Positions 9,500 through 17,053 of a stretch of DNA of 19,350 bases are shown piece by piece (the stretch's first letter is position 1; every line of letters begins with the position of its first letter). This stretch comes from Myxococcota bacterium (GTDB lineage: Bacteria; Myxococcota; UBA4151). The stretch is taken from contig JBDQPD010000065.1 of the NCBI GenBank assembly GCA_040260805.1, forward strand, positions 1 to 19,350, given 5' to 3'. Position numbers and translations under genes: made by a program. The notes below the pieces were generated by a model that saw only the letters and a program-made list of their open reading frames with translations, did no database searches and was not told where the DNA came from.

Positions 9500-10519
9500 A
9501 TGCGGTACCTCGCAGCGTGCGTGCTGCTAGTCGGTTGCTCTGACTACAGGAGCATTGACCCACAGAGCCGCGTCGCAGGCTGGGCTCAGTCCGAGCTCTC
9601 GTGCGACACCCCGCCTGCCTGTCAGGGCGGTGCGCCCTCGCACTGCCTGTGCGCGGAGCGACCGGATTGGCAGCTTCAAAACGTGAACCAAAACAGCGAA
9701 CGGTTCATGGAAACCTTCGGTCTTGACGCCTTTGACGGCAAAGTCACTGTGCTGAGTTTCTTTAAAATCAACTGCGACTTTTGCGAGCAACAGATGGGTT
9801 ATCTGCAGGTGATGCAGGACCAGCTAGCGAGTGAAGGCTTCGAGGTTGAGTTCGCCACGATTCTCAAAAACACCGGCGAGGTGGGTACCACGTGTGAGGC
9901 GGCGGCAGATTGCGCTGAGGGCCAGACTTGCGAGCAAGGGTTCTGCCACTCCGCCCAGCAAAAGGAGATGGCGGCGTCTCGTAACTCGTGGGGAGCGTGT
10001 GCCCTACCCCGCCTGATGTCGTTTGAGTCTGCCAATTGTGACGGTACGGAGAGCAGCAGTAACGTTTCGGTCGCCTATCCCATCTTCCAGGATACCGTGG
10101 CGCTGAATGCGTGGGAGAATCATCACGACAGCGGCGCCAAAGACGAAATCTACGTCTACCGAGCCGACGGTCGTTTAGCCGCTTATTACTCAGCCGCCGA
10201 GCGCGTCGAGCTGGCGCAACAGTCGCAGTACCGCTCCTTCAAGTCGACCTTGAAGGCGCTCAGCTTGGGTAAGCTAGCCTGCGATGCGGACAACCCCTGT
10301 GCGGAAGGTCAGTGGTGTCGCCAGCCCGAACTGTGGACTTGCGGCGGCGCTGGATTTTGTGTCCCGAATGTCGACGCCGATGATTTGGGCGTGCCGATCT
10401 GCCCCATGGAATTGTATCCTCAGCCCGTCTGCGGTTGCGATCAGAAGACCTACTCGAGCGCTTGCGTTGCAGCGTCTCAGGGTGTGAGCCTGTTCGACCG
10501 GGGCCACTGCCTAGATTAG
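9500..10519 (+). CDS. Cys-rich lipoprotein with selenoprotein-P-N-like thioredoxin-fold domain (CxxC) and C-terminal Kazal-like domain
   Basis: ATG 9500 lies 2 nt after the previous stop; lipobox LVGC; GKVTVLSFFKINCDFC; YPIFQD...AW...GAKDEIYVYRADGRL; PVCGCDQKTYSSAC.A...GV.....G.C. Confidence 0.78.
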   Translation: MRYLAACVLLVGCSDYRSIDPQSRVAGWAQSELSCDTPPACQGGAPSHCLCAERPDWQLQNVNQNSERFMETFGLDAFDGKVTVLSFFKINCDFCEQQMGYLQVMQDQLASEGFEVEFATILKNTGEVGTTCEAAADCAEGQTCEQGFCHSAQQKEMAASRNSWGACALPRLMSFESANCDGTESSSNVSVAYPIFQDTVALNAWENHHDSGAKDEIYVYRADGRLAAYYSAAERVELAQQSQYRSFKSTLKALSLGKLACDADNPCAEGQWCRQPELWTCGGAGFCVPNVDADDLGVPICPMELYPQPVCGCDQKTYSSACVAASQGVSLFDRGHCLD

Positions 10520-10535
10520 ATTTTCAGGCACAAAA

Positions 10536-10563
10536 GGAAATACCTAGAGCGCTGGATCGTCTT
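10536..10563 (+). promoter_or_regulatory. Putative ECF sigma-type promoter upstream of degP
   Basis: GGAAAT-N16-CGTC in the short intergenic region, resembling ECF -35 (G/T)GAA(A/C) and -10 CGT elements. Confidence 0.35.
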
Positions 10564-10586
10564 CGTGTGTGAGGCGGGAGTATCCT

Positions 10587-12011
10587 ATGCGGAAAAAGAC
10601 CTTAGTCATCGTCACCCTCGTGGCTGTTGGAGCCCCTGTAGCAGGGGCTGCGAGTAATCATTTCCTGAACGCTCCGGCAGCGGTCACGAGCGATGCGATC
10701 GCTAACGTCGCTGAGAAGCGCGTGTTGGCTGTGGTCAACATCTCGACGACGAAAAAAGCGGTCGCCGGTACGAGCCATCCGCTCATGCAGGACCCGTTTT
10801 TTAGACGATTTTTTGGTCCGGGTGGTCCCCCGCGAGGTCAACAGAGGCAGCCACGTGAGAACAGCTTAGGGAGCGGAGTGATCGTCCGCAAAGACGGGAT
10901 CATTTTGACCAACAATCACGTCATTGAAAAAGCTGAATCGATCCGAGTGACGCTGAGCGACGGGCGCGACTTTGCGGCTGAGGTTGTAGGGGCTGATCCG
11001 AAGTCCGATATCGCCGTGATTCGCATGACCAAACCGCCGCGCGACCTTCGCCCCATCCCGCTCGGGAACTCCGAGCGCCTTCGGCTTGGCGAAATGGTGG
11101 TAGCGATCGGCAACCCCTTTGGGCTTGGTCACACCGTGACGATGGGTATTGTGTCCGCCAAAGGCAGAGCCAACGTGGGCATCGTCGATTACGAAGACTT
11201 CATCCAGACTGACGCCGCAATCAATCCGGGTAACAGCGGCGGGGCTCTGATCGATCTTCACGGTAACTTGGTGGGGATCAATACTGCGATCGCCTCGCGC
11301 AGCGGCGGCTACCAAGGGATCGGCTTCGCCGTGCCTTCGAATATGGCGCGCAGTGTGATGAACAGCCTGCTCAAACATGGACGAGTGATTCGCGGTTGGC
11401 TTGGGGTCGCCATTCAGCCGGTCACTCGAGACCTACAGCGCGCCATGAACCTTAGGACCAAGCAGGGCGTGTTGATCTCGGACGTGATGCAAGACAGCCC
11501 GGCAGCTCGAGGGGGCCTCAAACGCGGCGACGTGATCGTCTCGTTAGCCGGTGAAACGATGAAGGACCCCTCTCATCTTCGAAACCGGATTGCCGCCTCT
11601 GGATCAGGCTCCACGGTAAAGATGGCGATCGTTCGTCAGGGCAAGAAGCGGAGCATACGAATCAAGTTGGGCGAGCTCGACGGCGCCCAGGGCCGCGCAA
11701 AAATGGAGCAACCCGCGAAAGCCAAAAGCGGTCAACTCGCGGGGCTTGTCGTCGAGAACATCACCGGGTCGATGCGTACAAAATACAGCATCCCTTCTCG
11801 GATCAAAGCCGGCGTGGTGATCACCTCGATCGAATCCAACTCAGCGGCAGATCGAGCGGGTCTTAGGGTCGGCGATGTCTTGGTCGAGGTGAATCAGAAA
11901 TCGGTTCGTAGTATCGCAGCGTTCAAGCAACGCTATCGTCGCAGCGGCAAACGAACCTTGTTGTTGATTCAACGGGCTGAGCGAACGCTCTACATAGTCC
12001 TCAACAAGTGA
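10587..12011 (+). CDS. degP: Do/DegP/DegQ family periplasmic serine endoprotease with two PDZ domains
   Basis: ATG 10587 after GGGAG; GSGVI, TNNHV (His), DIAV (Asp), QTDAAINPGNSGG (Ser); RGWLGV and two PDZ-like segments with GL..GDV; degP versus degQ cannot be resolved by eye. Confidence 0.95.
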   Translation: MRKKTLVIVTLVAVGAPVAGAASNHFLNAPAAVTSDAIANVAEKRVLAVVNISTTKKAVAGTSHPLMQDPFFRRFFGPGGPPRGQQRQPRENSLGSGVIVRKDGIILTNNHVIEKAESIRVTLSDGRDFAAEVVGADPKSDIAVIRMTKPPRDLRPIPLGNSERLRLGEMVVAIGNPFGLGHTVTMGIVSAKGRANVGIVDYEDFIQTDAAINPGNSGGALIDLHGNLVGINTAIASRSGGYQGIGFAVPSNMARSVMNSLLKHGRVIRGWLGVAIQPVTRDLQRAMNLRTKQGVLISDVMQDSPAARGGLKRGDVIVSLAGETMKDPSHLRNRIAASGSGSTVKMAIVRQGKKRSIRIKLGELDGAQGRAKMEQPAKAKSGQLAGLVVENITGSMRTKYSIPSRIKAGVVITSIESNSAADRAGLRVGDVLVEVNQKSVRSIAAFKQRYRRSGKRTLLLIQRAERTLYIVLNK

Positions 12012-13222
12012 GAGCGTTCACCGCAGGACTGATTCTGACCCTCGCCGGTTGCTCCGGGTGCCGCAGCTCCTTAGTGGCGCTGTTCAGTCCAGCCTACGAA
12101 GCGCCTCAAGTGGACTCCTCGAGCCAAGCGACACCTCAACTCCAGATCGAGCTGAGCGAAGTTCTAAGCGGTTTTGCGCAGCCAACCGACATGCAGTTTC
12201 TGCCTGGGAGCTCGGAGCAAGGTTTGGTTCTTGAAAAGGGTGGCGGGGTTCATCGCTTCCATCTTGAGCAGCGCCAATCCAGGCGGATTCATCAGTTCAA
12301 AGTCTTGACCGACTCCGAGCTCGGTTTGCTGGGGCTCGCCTTTCATCCTCGCTTCCCGAAAGATCCTCGTATCTTTCTCAACCGGACCATCGAAGTTCAA
12401 TCAAAGGCTAAAGGTTCAGCGACGACAACTCGTATCGCCAGCTTTGTTCTGGACGCTGAGCTCAAAAGCCTCAGCGGTGAGGTGGTCCTGTTAGAGGTCG
12501 CACAGCCCTATCCAAACCACAACGCAGGTCAGTTGAGCTTTGGTCCTGATGGCTATCTATACATTGGCTTTGGCGATGGCGGATGGCGAGACGACCCGGC
12601 GAAGCACGGGCAGAACCTCGGCACGCTGCTGGGCTCAATCGTTCGTATTGATGTGAACGACGTGCCCGCAGGCAAAACCTATGGCGTCCCCAAATCGAAT
12701 CCATTTGTGGGTCAACCTGGCGTCTTGCCCGAGGCGTATGTTTGGGGAGTCCGTAACCCATGGCGCTTTAGCTTCTCGCCAGCGGGCGAGCTGATCGTTG
12801 CGGACGTGGGTCAAAACACATTCGAAGAGGTCTCCATCGCAAGAGCTGGAGCGAACTTGGGCTGGAGCCGCACCGAAGCCAACAGCTGCTTTGAAAAGCA
12901 CGGACCTTGTTCGCTGAGCGACTACCAAGGAGCTTTCGTTCAGTATGGACGAGATGAGGGCAAGTCGATCACGGGAGGCTACGTCTACCGTGGAGCAAAG
13001 ATCCCAGCCTTGAAGGGGCTCTATGTCTTTGCCGACTTCGTCACAGGAAGGATCTGGTCGGCGCCCCTCCCCTCGACAAAATCACCGGTGAGCACGCACC
13101 GCCAGCTCGGTCAGTTTGAACGACTTATTTCTTCGTTCGGGCAAGCCGATGATGGCACATTGTACGTGCTCGACTTTGCGCAAGGTGCAGCGCTTAAGAT
13201 CGTCGCTTCGTCGCCGAATTAA
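12008..13222 (+). CDS. PQQ-dependent sugar dehydrogenase (glucose/sorbosone dehydrogenase family), predicted lipoprotein
   Basis: GTGA overlap with degP; lipobox LAGC; ELGLLGLAFHP, NHNAGQLSFGPDGYLYIGFGDGG, GVRNPWRFSF, SITGGYVYRG, ISSFGQ. Confidence 0.93.
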   Translation: MRAFTAGLILTLAGCSGCRSSLVALFSPAYEAPQVDSSSQATPQLQIELSEVLSGFAQPTDMQFLPGSSEQGLVLEKGGGVHRFHLEQRQSRRIHQFKVLTDSELGLLGLAFHPRFPKDPRIFLNRTIEVQSKAKGSATTTRIASFVLDAELKSLSGEVVLLEVAQPYPNHNAGQLSFGPDGYLYIGFGDGGWRDDPAKHGQNLGTLLGSIVRIDVNDVPAGKTYGVPKSNPFVGQPGVLPEAYVWGVRNPWRFSFSPAGELIVADVGQNTFEEVSIARAGANLGWSRTEANSCFEKHGPCSLSDYQGAFVQYGRDEGKSITGGYVYRGAKIPALKGLYVFADFVTGRIWSAPLPSTKSPVSTHRQLGQFERLISSFGQADDGTLYVLDFAQGAALKIVASSPN

Positions 13223-13868
13223 GGCGGCGCTCTTCTGCTTGGCGCTTCTTCGTCGAAGCCCAGGAGCAGATCGGACACGTCGTGAGGTCGTGAAACCGAG
13301 CGGGGCAATATTCGCGACCAAAGAAGATGATCTGGAGGTGCAGCTTGTTCCAGTCGCCTCTGGGAAAAAGCGCTTTGAGGTCTCGCTCCGTCTGCTCAAC
13401 ATTTCGCGCGGCGCTCAAGCCCCACCGGGCAGCCAGTCTGTGGATATGGGTATCGACTGGAAACGCAGGCACCCCAAACGCTTGCGCCATCACCACGGAG
13501 GCGGTTTTGTGTCCGACGCCAGGGAGACTCTCGAGCGACTCAAAGCTTTGCGGGACTTCGCCGTCAAACCGTTCCATCAGGATCTGACTTAGGCCTTTGA
13601 TCGCCCTGGCTTTGTTGTTGGCCAGGCCGATTTGTCGAATAGCGTGGCGTATCGTCTCAAAATCGAGTTCACCCATCGCTGACGGGTTATCCGCCAAAGC
13701 AAAGAGATTTGGTGTGATTTCATTGACCTTTTTATCGGTGCTTTGGGCCGACAAAAGCACTGCGATGAGCAGAGTAAAAGGATCCTTATGGTCTAGCGGA
13801 ACGCCTGGTTTGGGGTATAGTTCCGCTAACTTGCTGAGGATTATCCTTGCTTTTTCGGTTCGTTTCAC
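13194..13868 (-). CDS. nth: Endonuclease III
   Basis: LLIAVLLSAQSTD, HhH motif LPGVGHKTA (catalytic Lys), FPVDTH (catalytic Asp), and C-terminal Cys cluster GREYCPAR..CPIC; GTG start. Confidence 0.95.
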   Translation of the reverse strand: MKRTEKARIILSKLAELYPKPGVPLDHKDPFTLLIAVLLSAQSTDKKVNEITPNLFALADNPSAMGELDFETIRHAIRQIGLANNKARAIKGLSQILMERFDGEVPQSFESLESLPGVGHKTASVVMAQAFGVPAFPVDTHIHRLAARWGLSAARNVEQTERDLKALFPRGDWNKLHLQIIFFGREYCPARFHDLTTCPICSWASTKKRQAEERRLNSATKRRS

Positions 13869-13942
13869 GGGTAGCTACTTTCCTGTTGTGACACCCATCA
13901 ACTGAAACACGAGGGCGTCGCAAGTACCGATCTGGGGGAATT

Positions 13943-14596
13943 ATGAGCCGTTTCGTACTATCTTTGGTTTTGTCGCTGTCCTTTGCAGTGGCCGCTTGCT
14001 CGTCGTCGGAAGAAACATGCGATGGTGCGGGTGATTGCCCAGCCGGTTCGATCTGCTCTGGCGGTGTGTGCGAAGGGGTCCTGACACCTAGCCCGGACGT
14101 CGCTCCTCGCCCTGACACGGGTGGCGTTTACGACGCCGGCCCGATCGCTGACAACGGGCCGGCGAGACCTCCCATCGACGCTAGCGTCCTGTTCCCCGAC
14201 GTAGGTTTCGATCTCGACGCTGCGTCCTCGGTGCCTCCGCGTGATGTACAGGATTCGCCTGCGGATGTGATGCCTCCGATGATGGATGTGCCAGTGGTCA
14301 ACGTGCTCACCTTGGGTGACACCTGCGACGTTCCGGACTTTGATCAAGGCGAGACCGACCCGTGCAGCATCGACAACCCCAACTATTACTGCCTCGCGAC
14401 CCTAGACGGTCAAAGCGGTTACTGCACCCAGAGCTGCACCCTCAATGATCATGAAGAAGAAGAAGAAGAGGGCGATGCGGGCTTTGTTGATAACAACTGC
14501 GGTAACGGTTGCTGCGTGCCGCAGGATCCGAACGCTCAGCCTGCTCCTGGTGAGCCCGTTGACGCGCTGTGTCGCTTCGCGCCGGATTGCAACTGA
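13943..14596 (+). CDS. Cys-rich acidic lipoprotein, paralog 1
   Basis: GGGGGA RBS; lipobox VAAC; 4-Cys module, Asp/Pro-rich linker, and 10-Cys C-terminal domain ending CRFAPDCN. Confidence 0.85.
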   Translation: MSRFVLSLVLSLSFAVAACSSSEETCDGAGDCPAGSICSGGVCEGVLTPSPDVAPRPDTGGVYDAGPIADNGPARPPIDASVLFPDVGFDLDAASSVPPRDVQDSPADVMPPMMDVPVVNVLTLGDTCDVPDFDQGETDPCSIDNPNYYCLATLDGQSGYCTQSCTLNDHEEEEEEGDAGFVDNNCGNGCCVPQDPNAQPAPGEPVDALCRFAPDCN

Positions 14597-15201
14597 TCCA
14601 GCGAGCTGCGTTAACGCTCATTCTCGTCGGCACGGTGTCGTGTGACTCGTCGCAGCCATGCAGCGGGCCAGGCACATGCTCAGCCGGCAAGGTATGTATT
14701 GATTCGGTCTGCGCTGATCCCGCGCCGCCCGGAGCTGACGCTTCAACGCGAGTGGACGCAGGCGGTCAATCGATGGATACCGCCCCGGTAACGCCACAAC
14801 GAGACGCCTCTTCGGTGGATAGCGGCGTCACGCCAGACGTCGACGCTGGGCGCCCCCCCGACGCCGCACAGGTCATTGATTCGGGCGCTGTTCCTGCCTC
14901 GGGACTCGGTTCAGAATGCGTCGTCCCTGATTTCTCCTTGGGCGAGATGGACCCTTGTGGATTTTCGGACCCGAACCTTTACTGCCTTGAGCGGCTCGAT
15001 GGAAACGGTGCCTACTGCACCAAAGCTTGTACTGTCGAAGAGCCGCTCGATGGCCATCATGGGGGCGTTGATATTGGCTGGCATCCCCACCCCGACCCTT
15101 GCGACGAGATCGGCTGCTGTGTCCCGCTAGAGCCGGGCGTCGATGCGGGCCCTTTCATGCCCATCGACCGAGTCTGTCGGTTCCGCTCAGATTGCAACTA
15201 A
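14569..15201 (+). CDS. Cys-rich acidic lipoprotein, paralog 2 (start uncertain: GTG 14569, TTG 14587 or CTG 14593)
   Basis: Same architecture and Cys spacing as 13943..14596; hydrophobic leader ending TVSC; ends CRFRSDCN. Confidence 0.82.
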   Translation: MSLRAGLQLIQRAALTLILVGTVSCDSSQPCSGPGTCSAGKVCIDSVCADPAPPGADASTRVDAGGQSMDTAPVTPQRDASSVDSGVTPDVDAGRPPDAAQVIDSGAVPASGLGSECVVPDFSLGEMDPCGFSDPNLYCLERLDGNGAYCTKACTVEEPLDGHHGGVDIGWHPHPDPCDEIGCCVPLEPGVDAGPFMPIDRVCRFRSDCN

Positions 15202-15249
15202 GCACGGACTGCTTTTCTTTTCTTCGCCGAGCCGCGAAGCGCTTTGCCT

Positions 15250-15759
15250 ATGATGAAAACAGCATTTGCAGCAGCTGATAAGCTTGGCTCACCGCGCGGT
15301 GACAACTTCTTGTTGAAGGTTCTCGGTGGGACTCTAATCCCCTCGCTTGGGTTTGTTCGACCTAAAGTGATGCGCATCGACGATGAGACGGTCGATGTGC
15401 GGATCCCCTTAGCGAGAAGATCAAAGAACCACTTGGGCAGTATGTACTTTGGCGTTTTGGCGGCTGGTGCGGACACCGCAGCGGGCTTTCTCGCGCTTCG
15501 CCACATTCGGCAGATGAGCCCCGATGTGGTTTTGATCTTCAAGGACTTTAAGGCTGAGTTTTTGAGTCGAGTTGACGGTCACGCCCGATTTGTCTGTGAC
15601 GCCGGGCCAGCGATCGCCGAGGCGGTTCGAGAAGCGCACGAGACCAACGAGCGCGTGAATGTCACAGCGCCCCTTTACTGTGTGGTTGAAGGCAAAGAGG
15701 CGCAAGGACCTGCGGCTCGCTTTGAGTTGACGATATCGCTCAAAAAGAAGCCCTCATGA
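15250..15759 (+). CDS. Hot-dog fold thioesterase-like protein (PaaI/DUF4442-like)
   Basis: IPSLGFVRP, IPL.RRSKNHLGSMYFG, AD.AAG, FKDFKAEFL.R.DG; ATG at 15250 or 15253. Confidence 0.85.
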   Translation: MMKTAFAAADKLGSPRGDNFLLKVLGGTLIPSLGFVRPKVMRIDDETVDVRIPLARRSKNHLGSMYFGVLAAGADTAAGFLALRHIRQMSPDVVLIFKDFKAEFLSRVDGHARFVCDAGPAIAEAVREAHETNERVNVTAPLYCVVEGKEAQGPAARFELTISLKKKPS

Positions 15760-16976
15760 CTGCGAGTTTGTTCACTCAGCGGATCCAAGCCTGGTTAGGG
15801 ATTGCGGTCCTAGCGCAGATGCTCACGACCCCACGGCTTTGGTTTGTCATGCCTCCAGACCGCCCTGTCTTTGTGCCCATGGTGGTCGCGGCGCCGGGCT
15901 GGCTGCATCTCGTCCTTTCAGGCTTGCTCGCCGGAGCAGCGTTTGCGTTGGTGATTCGGCCTCGGCATCGACAAGCGTCACTCTGGGTGGTCGGCTTAAT
16001 CATTGTGCTGTGTGCTCTTGACGAATTGCGCCTGCAGCCGTGGGCATGGCTGTTTATGCTCGCGGGGGTGTTGTTGTTCGAAGCTCGTCGTCGTGACGGT
16101 CGCCTCGGCGACGTCTTCTTAGCTCAACATATGCGCCTGCTGCTCGTCGGGCTGTATCTCTGGGCAGCTCTGCATAAGATCAACTCAGGATTTTTTGCTC
16201 AAACGGTGCCCTTCTTCCTCGAGCCATTTGGCTTCAATGATCCCTCGACCGTTTTACGTGGTGTCGCAGGCGTGATGATCATTGGATCCGAGCTGGCGCT
16301 CGCCTACTTCCTCTGGCGAGCACAATCGATGGACCGCTATGCGCTGCGCTTTGGTGTGGCTTTGCACTTGGGCGTGATCGCCCTCTTGGGTCCCGCTGGA
16401 CAGAACTATGATCCGAATGTCTGGACTTGGAACCTCAGCCAGGCGGTCCTGCTGGGCTTGCTGTTGTACAAAGGGGGCTCGAGCGTGCCCTTGATCAAGG
16501 TCTTGCGCGTCAAGGCACGGCCGACCTTAGCCCTCGCAAGCCTTGTCCTGCTGATGCCTGCGCTTCATGTGGTCCGTCTCGCTCCAGCCAATCTGAGCTG
16601 GGCATTGTATGCAGGCAATTACGACGTCGGCTTTCTAGCGGCGACTTACGGCGCCACGAGTCCAGAGCTTGAGCGGGCGGTTGTGCCTTTCCCGCCGCAT
16701 ATCGTCAGGGCGACCTATCGCTTCTTACAGCCTCAACTCGGTGCGGTTGAAGGACTCCAAGACGTAGCGTACCCGCCTCAGATTATGAAAGAGCTGGGTG
16801 TGACGTACCCGCCTGACGCCGGGTTTATTCGTCGGCTGCAGCGGGCGATGTGCGCTGAGCTCGAGCCGATTCTGATTCTGCGGCCAAAAGACCTACCCTT
16901 TGCAGCGAACACAAAGGTGAGCATCGAGCGATGCGACGGCAGCCGGATTGAAACAGCAGCCCCACCATTTTTATAG
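15756..16976 (+). CDS. HTTM-like (vitamin K-dependent carboxylase-related fold) polytopic membrane protein
   Basis: ATGA overlap with the thioesterase; about 8 hydrophobic segments; D..RLQPW, LYLWAALHKIN, SEL, LH.G, VW.WN. The CDS is secure but the family call is moderate. Confidence 0.6.
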   Translation: MTASLFTQRIQAWLGIAVLAQMLTTPRLWFVMPPDRPVFVPMVVAAPGWLHLVLSGLLAGAAFALVIRPRHRQASLWVVGLIIVLCALDELRLQPWAWLFMLAGVLLFEARRRDGRLGDVFLAQHMRLLLVGLYLWAALHKINSGFFAQTVPFFLEPFGFNDPSTVLRGVAGVMIIGSELALAYFLWRAQSMDRYALRFGVALHLGVIALLGPAGQNYDPNVWTWNLSQAVLLGLLLYKGGSSVPLIKVLRVKARPTLALASLVLLMPALHVVRLAPANLSWALYAGNYDVGFLAATYGATSPELERAVVPFPPHIVRATYRFLQPQLGAVEGLQDVAYPPQIMKELGVTYPPDAGFIRRLQRAMCAELEPILILRPKDLPFAANTKVSIERCDGSRIETAAPPFL

Positions 16977-17053
16977 TCGCTTTATCGGTCGAATAAACGA
17001 TTTCGTCGGTTTAAAACGAGAGCAGGCGCGTAGAGGCTGGTCTGAAAATGGTC

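Noticed and set aside
9773..9784. Selenocysteine in the SelP-like protein
   Set aside because: Both codons of the CxxC motif are TGC and the ORF has no in-frame TGA
14594..14596. TGA at the end of Cys-rich paralog 1 as possible selenocysteine or read-through
   Set aside because: Paralog 2 ends at the same DCN position with TAA and lies in a different frame, so this is a true stop
15200..15224. Intrinsic terminator after paralog 2 (AAGCA-cggac-TGCTT followed by a T-rich run)
   Set aside because: The stem is only 5 bp and AT-rich; kept as a caveat rather than called as a feature
16977..17053. Bidirectional terminator or small RNA between convergent genes
   Set aside because: Only an imperfect AT-rich stem (tcgctttat...ataaacga) with no clear U-tract or recognisable RNA motif
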